Of a stretch of DNA of 32,000 nucleotides, positions 16,182 to 24,619 are shown piece by piece (the stretch's first letter is position 1; each line of letters begins with the position of its first letter). The position numbers and the translations under genes are program-made. This DNA comes from Candidatus Saccharimonadota bacterium. GTDB taxonomy: Bacteria; Patescibacteriota; Microgenomatia; UBA1406; GWC2-37-13. Where the stretch lies: contig CP065004.1 of NCBI GenBank assembly GCA_016700135.1, positions 930,001-962,000 of the forward strand, read 5' to 3'. The notes under the pieces are model-generated. The model was given only the letters and a program-made list of their open reading frames with translations. It did not search any database and was not told the origin of the DNA.

Positions 16182-18309
16182 ATAATACCAGAGAAACGAT
16201 GGCTAACTGTGTTGCAATTAGTATCCAAAAACCAATTAAAAAGTATGCCTGAGCCTGATACTGGAGAATCATAATTTCATCATTATTAGATGGAGGTATT
16301 TCCCATATATTTCTTGTTCCATCCGCAGATTTTACTTTTTTCGCTTCAGGATAAAAATTAAAAAGTGCCAATATTGGATGGTACTTTTGTGTATCCGAAA
16401 CTGTGTATGCATGCCATTGAGTTGTTTCATTACTAATCAGCACCAGTTTACTAATGTCCTGCTTACTTTCTGTAGTGATTTGTATTGTTGAAAGTCCTAA
16501 TGATCGATATTTCACCGGTTCTGAATTAACGGATATTAACTCTATTCCTGCACATCTCTGTTGTAATTTCAGAATTATAATTCCGTTATACGCTTTCATA
16601 TCAGATATTTCAGGATATTTTTGTAGTGATGAGAGGAAATCTCCTGCGGAACCTTCAGTAAGGGAGGCATCATCAATATCCTGTTTGATTACTATGTGTG
16701 AAATTCCCATCCGTTTTGTCAGATCGCAAACAGATTTATTATCTTGAATTCTACTAACAATTTCGTTTACTCTACTTTTTGTTGGTGATCCCACTCCGTA
16801 ATCGGAACTATTCGGTTCAAGAATTTGATAGGGCCATAGATATGGAATAAAATCTACTCCATAATATTTGTTGACAGTTGCGTTATACGTGGGATAGGTA
16901 CCATAAAATCCCGGTAATATTAAAATTCTTTGAGCATGGGTTTGTTCAAGATACTGCTTTGCATCATCATAATAATCGGGAACATTAAAGGTGATAAGAA
17001 GAGGTGTCCGAAAAAATGCAATGACAAAATATGCGGATACTGTTGTCAAAAATCCAATGACTACACGTGCGACAGTCTTCTTTTTCGTTTTAGTTAAAAT
17101 GATAGCAGCCCCGATTATTGCTAAGGTAATGAGAATAAGTAAAAAGAACCAGTAAAATTTACTTACGGGTCTTCGGAAAATCTGGAATCCCGGGATTGTA
17201 TAGTACATCCAGTTGAACAGGAATCCGAAAGGATCATTCGGTCCTTTGGTAATAAAGGCACCGAGTAGAAGGAGCAAAGAAAGCAGGTAAAGGTATCCCT
17301 TTTTAGCATTTTTTGTAATATACGGTACAAACGCGAGAAGAAGTAAACCTGTAAACAGAAGGAATATTATTCCGTTGGAATAGAATGTGTTTCCTAGCCC
17401 TTCAAAGAATAAACTCTCTGCCCTTCCGAAGAAAATGTTTGTAACAGACGCATGCTTGACAGCAGTATTCACTACTTCGTTGATTGTAGTTGATGCCTGA
17501 TTAATCGTTACGGCTTTTCCGAAATTTGCTGCATATGGGAGTATCCACCAGATATTCGCAAAGATAGCAGATAGAAAGATAAGAAAGGTTCTGACAGTAG
17601 TTATTATGAGTTTTTTTCTATTAAAGATGTTAAATAGAAGATAATACCCTCCAAGTATTAGAAATGTGACATATAAAATCCCGATATTTGCAAAAGCAGG
17701 CGATGATAAAAAGAAAATGTAGTAAATAGAAATTAAATAGTTCAATTTGTACTTTTTTGATGAAAGAAACTTATCTGTAAATAAAAGAATTAAAGGGAAG
17801 GTCATATAAGAATATATTTGGAAAATATGACCGGGGGCTATTATTCCTACAAGGTAGGGCGAAAATCCGTAAAGTACAGCTCCAAAAGTCGTGATTAGAG
17901 ATATGGAAATATTTTTCTGTTGTAATTTCTCCTGAATCACATATTTCACAAATAAATACATTGAAAGTTGAGAAACAAAAAGCATTGTCGCCAATATTGA
18001 TATGGAAATTACCGGCCCGCTCATTCCGAGAGTATGGAGAAGCAGGACTGGAAGGTTATATAAGAATAAATATGCCAGAAGATATGCATAATCTCCTCCG
18101 CCGCCGACCTGTGGTCCGTACACACTGGTTGTCTGAGCTATCCATTCCTGTGTGACATACGGTGATAAATAATCGGCTGAGCCGATAAACTGGACTTGAA
18201 ACAAATTACTGTGCCACGCAAAAGGGGCTAAGGACAATAGAAAGAAAATCAAATAAGGATAGCGTTTTCTGATAAATCGTATGATTGAAGTGCTAAGAAT
18301 ATCATTCAT
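16141..18309 (-). CDS. Large polytopic membrane protein, candidate GT-C glycosyltransferase/polymerase (AftD/DUF3367- or YfhO-like architecture)
   Basis: About 15 TM spans. Early periplasmic-loop acidic motif (FIGSADYLSPY). A ~270-aa extracytoplasmic domain is followed by a final TM (FLIGFWILIATQLAIVSLVLY). I prefer the ATG at 18309 (MNDILSTS, ATGAATGA overlap with the GT10 stop) over the TTG at 18330. Confidence 0.4.
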   Translation of the reverse strand: MNDILSTSIIRFIRKRYPYLIFFLLSLAPFAWHSNLFQVQFIGSADYLSPYVTQEWIAQTTSVYGPQVGGGGDYAYLLAYLFLYNLPVLLLHTLGMSGPVISISILATMLFVSQLSMYLFVKYVIQEKLQQKNISISLITTFGAVLYGFSPYLVGIIAPGHIFQIYSYMTFPLILLFTDKFLSSKKYKLNYLISIYYIFFLSSPAFANIGILYVTFLILGGYYLLFNIFNRKKLIITTVRTFLIFLSAIFANIWWILPYAANFGKAVTINQASTTINEVVNTAVKHASVTNIFFGRAESLFFEGLGNTFYSNGIIFLLFTGLLLLAFVPYITKNAKKGYLYLLSLLLLLGAFITKGPNDPFGFLFNWMYYTIPGFQIFRRPVSKFYWFFLLILITLAIIGAAIILTKTKKKTVARVVIGFLTTVSAYFVIAFFRTPLLITFNVPDYYDDAKQYLEQTHAQRILILPGFYGTYPTYNATVNKYYGVDFIPYLWPYQILEPNSSDYGVGSPTKSRVNEIVSRIQDNKSVCDLTKRMGISHIVIKQDIDDASLTEGSAGDFLSSLQKYPEISDMKAYNGIIILKLQQRCAGIELISVNSEPVKYRSLGLSTIQITTESKQDISKLVLISNETTQWHAYTVSDTQKYHPILALFNFYPEAKKVKSADGTRNIWEIPPSNNDEIMILQYQAQAYFLIGFWILIATQLAIVSLVLYGHAQRNHKESGK

Positions 18310-19348
18310 GTAAAAAGATGTCCTCTGCAAAATGTTTGTAATCCCACTGTTCTGTTCCCTTTTTCAGAAAACTGTTTCTTGCATCAATATAATTATTATA
18401 TTCTTCTTCCTTCATAGAGAGCAAATACTTAGTCAGATCCTCAAAGCCGGAAAAGTTTCTGAAGTCGATAAAGGCTTCAGTTGGGATATATTTTTGAATA
18501 TTTTGTGCTCCAAGATATATCGGTACGCAACCGGCCTTTAAGCTATCAAAGATCTTTTCAGTAATATATCCGTCGATATTCTCCATATTTTCGAAACACA
18601 GGCAGAATTTATATTTACTCAAAGTTGAAATCTTATCTTCCACGGATCCTTGGTATGATGGGTAACCTATATATGATAAGACGAAGTCTTGCATGAATTT
18701 CGGAACTTTCATGAAATTTCCCTTCAATACAGAATAAACAAATTTAATATTGAGCGGTTTATCCCAGCCGATTCCGTACAAATCGAAGTCATCGGGATAA
18801 TGCTTTTCATAGAATCGAATCGCTTTAATCCTTAAAGAATACAACTCATTCGGATTATAGTTTGTTTTATGCGCATTAATTAGTGTGAGCAGCTTCTTTG
18901 CAGAAAATGAAGGAAGATCTTCTAAAGTTCCATTAAGATTTTGTATCCAGCGATAGTGAAAGTACTTCTTATTGTCGATAAGCGAATCATTCCACGTGTA
19001 AATTGTTCCGTAGTGTTCGTGATTTTCAGGAAGCCAGCTTTCCGGTTTGATAATCGGACATTCGGTTATTACTAAATATAGTTTATCTTTTGGAATATCT
19101 TCGGATATACACTTTTGCAGATAATGGCTTGGTCCATTTGATTTAAAAGTAAATATATTATGATCAAGAAAGTAGATCCGTTCGGCTTGGTTTAACGGAT
19201 AACGGTCGACAGTAGCTATTGTTATTCCTTTCTTATGCAGGAAGGTTCGAATTTGCTGCCAAACAATAAAGTTCGGATCAAGTGATGTATCAAAAAGACC
19301 ATCATTATATAATCTTCCATCATGCGGATCGACCAAAAAAAGCCTCAT
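18302..19348 (-). CDS. Glycosyltransferase family 10 (alpha-1,3/4-fucosyltransferase-like)
   Basis: KFCLCFENMENIDGYITEKIFDSLKAGCVPIYLGAQNI matches the GT10 signature FxLxFENS...YVTEK......G.VP(V/I)..G. The ATG at 19348 lies 1 nt after the stop of the upstream ORF; the track start at 19369 is a TTG. Confidence 0.75.
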   Translation of the reverse strand: MRLFLVDPHDGRLYNDGLFDTSLDPNFIVWQQIRTFLHKKGITIATVDRYPLNQAERIYFLDHNIFTFKSNGPSHYLQKCISEDIPKDKLYLVITECPIIKPESWLPENHEHYGTIYTWNDSLIDNKKYFHYRWIQNLNGTLEDLPSFSAKKLLTLINAHKTNYNPNELYSLRIKAIRFYEKHYPDDFDLYGIGWDKPLNIKFVYSVLKGNFMKVPKFMQDFVLSYIGYPSYQGSVEDKISTLSKYKFCLCFENMENIDGYITEKIFDSLKAGCVPIYLGAQNIQKYIPTEAFIDFRNFSGFEDLTKYLLSMKEEEYNNYIDARNSFLKKGTEQWDYKHFAEDIFLHE

Positions 19349-19349
19349 A

Positions 19350-20530
19350 TTATTCACCAAAAACTTCAATAATGGTTTCGATCTCTTCTTTTGTCAGTTC
19401 AGGGTTGTTCCCGAAATAGAGGCCGTTCATATTGATGAGTTTGGCATTTGATTCTCCCAGAATATCCGAATACTTGGGCATGTATTTATGGAAAAATGCC
19501 TGTCTAGTCATATCTCCTCCTACAATCGGTCGGATCTCAATTTTTCCTTCACATTTCTCAATCAGTCGATCTCTTATTTTTTGTGTTTTACAGATCACAG
19601 GTACTGCAAAATTGGACAAAGTCTCAATTTGATTGTATCTGAGAGGATAATATTTCTTGGTATTTTTAAAGATTTTTGATGCGATTTTTTGAAAGTCTTC
19701 TGTCTTGTTGAGACAATAGTATCTAAGTATTGAATCTGGTCATTACCGATAAATCCGTTTATCTCAGTCGGTCTAAGATTGTAGCCGAGATCATAAAATG
19801 TGTATTTTGAATAAAAAGTTGATTCCACTCCGTATTGCTTTCTAAGCTGGTTTTGTTTTGTTTCAGGAAGATTTCTGTCCCAACCGTGAGCACGCACGAG
19901 CTTCAGCATCGTTGCTACTTCTTCATCGTCAGTACAGACTGCTCCGCCTTCAATTGTAGACATATGATGACCTACAAAGAAGGAAAACGTACTGGCAAGC
20001 CCGTAATTGCCAAGTAATTTGCCTTTATAAACCGTTCCCAGTGATTCACAGTTATCTTCAATAAGAATAATTTTTCTTTCATCGCAAATTTTTTTTATTT
20101 TGTCGATATCATCACAAAAACCGAGCAGATTGGTGATAAAAAGAATTTTTATCGGATGCCACTTCAGCACTTCCAATAGTTTGGAGCTTGAGACATTCAG
20201 CGTATCCAGTTCAACATCAAGAGGGACGGCATCCAGTCCAAGCTGGATTAGCGGCATGGGGTTGGTCGCCCAGGTAAGTGCCGAGAATCCGGCATTCTCA
20301 CCCTTCTTAATCCGTCCCAGATTCATGAGCGTTTGAATGATGGCGAGATTTGCGGAGCTTCCGCTATTGAAAAACACACAATGCTTCCTTCCCTGATATT
20401 TCGCAAAGTTCTTTTCGAATTTTTCGCACTCCGGCCCAATACTAAGCTGCTTCGCGTTCATTATAAAGTTGCATATTTTCTTATTCGTTTCTTCTTCATT
20501 ATAAAAAGTAGATTTGATAAGTTTGATCAT
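19350..20530 (-). pseudogene. ColD-like PMP-dependent GDP-4-keto-6-deoxy-D-mannose 3-dehydratase (DegT family), split by a 1-nt frameshift in an A6/T6 run
   Basis: The 311-aa ORF (19595..20530) carries the N-terminal and catalytic parts (LIKSTFYNEEE..., NSGSSANL, STFSFFVGHHMSTIEGG with His-His instead of Lys). The 89-aa ORF (19350..19619) carries the family C-terminus (SNFAVPVICK...IEIRPIVGGDM...). The second frame is open from 19739. One extra A in the run at 19685..19690 gives a continuous ...TRQKTFKKIASKIFKNTKKYYPLRYNQIETLSNFAVPVI... of ~393 aa. Confidence 0.7.
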
Positions 20531-21342
20531 GGATTAGGTGAAATAATAATTTTATTTTTATTCGGATTGAGCCATGCCCCCCACCAGCTGAATGTACTGT
20601 TTGCCGTGATATTATGCTTACAGTTGCTCATAAGGATCAGATCTTTATATGAATCCCGTCCGGTATTATGATCGATAAATACGACGTTAGGTAGCAACGG
20701 TGAGAGATTCTTTTGGCACCAAGCAATATCGTCCGAAAAGACGAAGTATGTTGCAGCCTTCACCTTACTGTTCATATCATCTATTGTGTTTTTATAGTAC
20801 TCTATTCCGACAAATCTCGGTCCGGTTTTATTCGTGATATAGTCCCCCCTTCGGACATGAAGACTGATTGAATTTGTTTTTCTCATTTGCTCAACAATCT
20901 TTTTATTTTTTTCATCAAGAGGCTTTTTAGGTGTAAACTCCTGAAATAAGATATCTCTTATATGTTCAAAATACATGGTATGTGACCAGTAACCCTGCAG
21001 ATACCTGTTATCAGGTATTTGACGGTATTGTTCACTATAGTTGTACGGAAATTGCTCAGTAATAATATGTCTGTTAAATTGTATGCCAAAACGTTCATCC
21101 AAAAGATACAAAATACGATTCAGTGCAGGATTCTGAATAATACGCATTGCATTAAGGTCATCTTCTGTTGCAATTGACCCTGTGATATTGAATAAATCAA
21201 GTTCAAATTCACGGGGAGTATTCAAAAGTGCGTTTGTAAAATGAAGTTTGAGGGTAGTTTTGTTTCTTTCTGCAGTTGCCCGTCCGAATGCATACTGAAA
21301 CATCTGATTTCCGAGTCCGCCGGTCAGATTTGCTATGATCAT
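20527..21342 (-). CDS. Glycosyltransferase family 11 (alpha-1,2-fucosyltransferase-like)
   Basis: MIIANLTGGLGNQMFQYAFGRA N-terminus, HVRRGDY motif, and FVFSDD...W and STFSWWGAWLN motifs, all characteristic of GT11. ATGA overlap with the downstream gene. Confidence 0.85.
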   Translation of the reverse strand: MIIANLTGGLGNQMFQYAFGRATAERNKTTLKLHFTNALLNTPREFELDLFNITGSIATEDDLNAMRIIQNPALNRILYLLDERFGIQFNRHIITEQFPYNYSEQYRQIPDNRYLQGYWSHTMYFEHIRDILFQEFTPKKPLDEKNKKIVEQMRKTNSISLHVRRGDYITNKTGPRFVGIEYYKNTIDDMNSKVKAATYFVFSDDIAWCQKNLSPLLPNVVFIDHNTGRDSYKDLILMSNCKHNITANSTFSWWGAWLNPNKNKIIISPNP

Positions 21343-21344
21343 CC

Positions 21345-22283
21345 TTACTTGTGTAAATAATTATTAAGGAACCATTCGTATTCGATCTTAATTCCTTCCT
21401 TCAGATCAGTTTTTGGCTTCCATCCGAGTGACAAAAGTTTAGAAACATCAAGTTGTTTCTTTGGTGTCCCGTCAGGCTTTGATGTATCCCAGACAAGCTT
21501 TCCTTCAAAACCTACGGTTTCTTTTACAATTTCTGCAAGTTCTCGGATTGTCAGATCAACGCCTGTCCCGATATTTATAATGTCAGGACGGTCATAGGTC
21601 TCCATAAGGAAAAGACAGGCATCGGCCATATCATCAACATACATAAACTCACGATATGCATTGCCCGTTCCCCACAATTGAATTTCTTTTTGACCTTCTT
21701 TTTTTGCTAGATAAAATTTATGAATAAGTGCAGGAAGAACATGCGCACTCACAAGATCAAAATTATCGTGAGGTCCGTATAAATTAGTAGGCATGACGGA
21801 AATAAAGTTGCACCCATACTGCTCATGATAACCCTGACACAGTTTTATTCCTGCTATTTTCGCAATAGCGTAGGCATCGTTTGTCTCTTCAAGAGGACCG
21901 GTCATGAAGTATTCTTCTTTAATTGGCTGAGGAGCAAGTTTGGGATAGATACACGAACTGCCTAGAAATATAAGTTTCTTTACTTTATATTTCCATGCAG
22001 CATGAATGACGTTATTTTGAATCTGGAGATTGTCATATATAAATTCTGCTTTTCTTGTTTTATTGGCCATAATGCCTCCGACCATAGCGGCTGCGAGAAA
22101 TACATAATCAGGTTTATTTTCTTTAAAAAAAGCTTCTACCTGATCTTTTTCCAAAAGATCCAATTCTTTTCTTGTTTTTGTAATGATATTTGTAAATCCT
22201 TTTTTCTTGAGAGCACGAACAATTGCTGACCCGACAAGTCCGCTTTGTCCTCCTGCGACATAGATTTTATCGTTTTTTTTCAT
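21345..22283 (-). CDS. fcl: GDP-L-fucose synthase (GDP-4-keto-6-deoxymannose 3,5-epimerase/4-reductase); a ColC-type GDP-colitose synthase cannot be excluded
   Basis: KIYVAGGQSGLVGSAI, VFLAAAMVGGIMAN, LGSSCIYPK, YAIAKIAG (YxxxK), and PTNLYGPHDNF are typical Fcl/WcaG blocks. 312 aa. Confidence 0.8.
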   Translation of the reverse strand: MKKNDKIYVAGGQSGLVGSAIVRALKKKGFTNIITKTRKELDLLEKDQVEAFFKENKPDYVFLAAAMVGGIMANKTRKAEFIYDNLQIQNNVIHAAWKYKVKKLIFLGSSCIYPKLAPQPIKEEYFMTGPLEETNDAYAIAKIAGIKLCQGYHEQYGCNFISVMPTNLYGPHDNFDLVSAHVLPALIHKFYLAKKEGQKEIQLWGTGNAYREFMYVDDMADACLFLMETYDRPDIINIGTGVDLTIRELAEIVKETVGFEGKLVWDTSKPDGTPKKQLDVSKLLSLGWKPKTDLKEGIKIEYEWFLNNYLHK

Positions 22284-23235
22284 ATGGAATAAAAGATTTT
22301 AATACTTCAAACAGTATATCGAAAGGCAGATAGAGTTTGTTTAAAATGTATGGGTCATTATACAGAATTGTTTTAATCGTCTCAATGATGAGTGGTATAT
22401 TTTTTGACCTTATGCCAGCAATTATATTGATAACGGTTCTTTTACTGGCAAAAAAATATGCTTTCTGTATGTTGTTAGTGTAATGAAGATATTTATGTGT
22501 GACACGGTAAAAGATATCGAGTACTGTTCCTTTTTTATGAAGTATTGATACAGTTTCAGATGTAGGAGAATATCTCCACGAAGATAAGTACTCATCGAGA
22601 TAATAAAAGTCTTGTTTTGTAGCAAAACTCATGCAAAGCTCGACATCGCCAATATAACCAAATTGTTCATCCGGTTTTCCCAATTCATCATACAACGATT
22701 TTCTAAACATATACCCAGTTGGCACGCAACAAGGATATACTTTCGTTAAGAAATCTTCCATAATCTTCTTCTTTGGAACGAGCATATTTTGATCTTTGTA
22801 TCGATACAGGTTATGCATTTGTCTTACGAAATAAAAACGGGGAGTTATTTCGTTTCCACGGGTATCAATAATATTAAGCGGCGCCATTACCACTCCCACA
22901 CTCGGAAATTTTTCAAAAATAGTTACCATCTTTTCAACGCAACTTGAATGCAATAGGTCATCATCCAACAAATATTTCACATATTTTCCTTTAGATAAGG
23001 ATACTACTTGATTTGAGTTTAAAAATGGTCCAATATTTATTTTATTTTTAATATAACGTATCTTTTTATTGTCTAAACTTTCGATATATTTCTTTGTATC
23101 ATTATTTTCACTGTTATCAGATATGACAATTTCAATATTGTCATAGGTCTGATCAAGTGCAGATTTGAGAGATTTTTTGAGGTATTCCAATCGATTGTGT
23201 GTCGGGATACAAATCGAAACGAGCGGCTTTTTCAT
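22267..23235 (-). CDS. Glycosyltransferase family 2
   Basis: VSICIPTHNRLEYLKKSLKSALDQTYDNIEIVISDNSENNDT GT-A N-terminus and an LLDDDL (DxD-type) motif. Confidence 0.75.
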   Translation of the reverse strand: MKKPLVSICIPTHNRLEYLKKSLKSALDQTYDNIEIVISDNSENNDTKKYIESLDNKKIRYIKNKINIGPFLNSNQVVSLSKGKYVKYLLDDDLLHSSCVEKMVTIFEKFPSVGVVMAPLNIIDTRGNEITPRFYFVRQMHNLYRYKDQNMLVPKKKIMEDFLTKVYPCCVPTGYMFRKSLYDELGKPDEQFGYIGDVELCMSFATKQDFYYLDEYLSSWRYSPTSETVSILHKKGTVLDIFYRVTHKYLHYTNNIQKAYFFASKRTVINIIAGIRSKNIPLIIETIKTILYNDPYILNKLYLPFDILFEVLKSFIPYEKKR

Positions 23236-23238
23236 ACC

Positions 23239-24042
23239 TTATTTTACTCTAATAATCTTTTCCGGAGGTTTGAAGAGAGTGCGGGGTCGTGAGTAATATT
23301 GCATGATATATCTTCGGTAAAAAATGGCAAGGGTATCTACAAATATCCCTTGTATAGATCGTACTGTCGCAGCGGAAGTAAGCTCCGCTAAGGTATAATC
23401 CAACTTTATCGGGGCTTCGTATATACGTTTGAATCCCGTCTGTTTTGCTACAACGAGAATTTCGAGATCTCCAGCGAATTTCTTTTCTACCAGTCTCGGC
23501 AGGATTTTTTTTAATACTTCTTTTCTGAATATTTTGATACCGGCTTGGGTATCTTTGACATTCACGCCGAACAAAAGCTTGACAAAGTAATAATAGCCGA
23601 AGCTGAGGATTTTGCGTTGAAGTGAGTAATTGACACGGGATGCCGGATGGCGCTTGGAACCGACAATGATATCGGCCTCATACCACTCCATATGCTCAAG
23701 AAGCATCGAGATACCGTTCGGGTCTATCTCCATCCCGGAGTCCAAAAACATCACATAATCGCCTCGTGATTCATGCATGCCGAGGCGTATAGCATAGCTC
23801 TTTCCCCTATTCTCTTTGTAAGCCAGTACTCTGACTTTTGGGATTTTTTTCTTTTTCAGTTTCTCGAATGTTTTATCGACCATTCCGTCCACGACCACAA
23901 TTATTTCATAGTCATATCTGATAGTATCGAGTACTTTCTTTACATAAAGCACATTTTCTACGATTGTTTTTTCCTGCCGATATGCGGGAATGATGAGGGA
24001 CAAGAAGTGCGCCGTATTCTCTGCCATGAGGATATTATACAA
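23239..24042 (-). CDS. Glycosyltransferase family 2, polyprenol-phosphate glycosyltransferase-like (DPM1/GtrB/ArnC-like)
   Basis: LSLIIPAYRQEKTI...YEIIVVVDGMVDKT...ENRGKSYAIRLGMHESRGDYVMFLDSGMEIDP. Short (267 aa) single-domain GT-A similar to lipid-phosphate sugar synthases. The usual DxD reads DSG here. Confidence 0.5.
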   Translation of the reverse strand: MYNILMAENTAHFLSLIIPAYRQEKTIVENVLYVKKVLDTIRYDYEIIVVVDGMVDKTFEKLKKKKIPKVRVLAYKENRGKSYAIRLGMHESRGDYVMFLDSGMEIDPNGISMLLEHMEWYEADIIVGSKRHPASRVNYSLQRKILSFGYYYFVKLLFGVNVKDTQAGIKIFRKEVLKKILPRLVEKKFAGDLEILVVAKQTGFKRIYEAPIKLDYTLAELTSAATVRSIQGIFVDTLAIFYRRYIMQYYSRPRTLFKPPEKIIRVK

Positions 24043-24055
24043 GAATTAGCTGGGC

Positions 24056-24574
24056 CTAATTCTCGGGATGATACCTAAACGTCTTTGCTACCATATCGAG
24101 GTCATCAAACAGTTCGGGATGAACGGTAAACAGAGAAAATACCCAACCATCCTTGATCACGTAGTAAGTAGGGTAATCACCGTCTGTAGTGTGAGTAAAC
24201 AAAATAATACCCGGAGAATCATCTATTGTTATCTCTTCTTGACTTATTGCATCGAGGTGATTTATTTCAATAAGATGATCAAGATACTCTCTCAGACTTT
24301 GATAATCAGAACCTGATCGTCCGATCACGATTTCCTTCCCGTCATAATCAAGGACCACATTTGTCCACAGATCTTTCATGAGAACCGGTGTTTTGGCATC
24401 GAAAGATATCTCAAGGTTTTCCGAGGTAAAGTGCTCAACTTCTGAAGATTTTGTGACCGTGGACTCAGGTTCCTTTTTCGGTGAGGATACAAACCAGGCT
24501 ACTGCGGAAAGAAGCAATATCAGAATTACAATTCCGAGAAATGTTACATTCTTTTGTGGCTTTTGTTTTTTCAT
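24056..24574 (-). CDS. Small N-terminally anchored extracytoplasmic protein, unknown function
   Basis: 172 aa. A basic N-terminus plus one TM (VTFLGIVILILLLSAVAWFV) is followed by a soluble domain. No motif recognised. Confidence 0.5.
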   Translation of the reverse strand: MKKQKPQKNVTFLGIVILILLLSAVAWFVSSPKKEPESTVTKSSEVEHFTSENLEISFDAKTPVLMKDLWTNVVLDYDGKEIVIGRSGSDYQSLREYLDHLIEINHLDAISQEEITIDDSPGIILFTHTTDGDYPTYYVIKDGWVFSLFTVHPELFDDLDMVAKTFRYHPEN

Positions 24575-24619
24575 GTTATGTAGTTATATGGTTAAGATTA
24601 CAGAAATGCGTGACAGTTA

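Noticed and set aside
3467-19369. Longer N-terminal extensions used by the ORF track (TTG 3467, ATG 4254, GTG 6442, ATG 6453, TTG 8622, TTG 10054, TTG 18330, TTG 19369)
   Set aside because: In each case a downstream ATG coincides with the start of family-conserved sequence. It also sits 1-8 nt from the stop of the preceding gene, whereas the extensions would overlap the upstream gene or add non-conserved residues. The 5' ends remain unverified.
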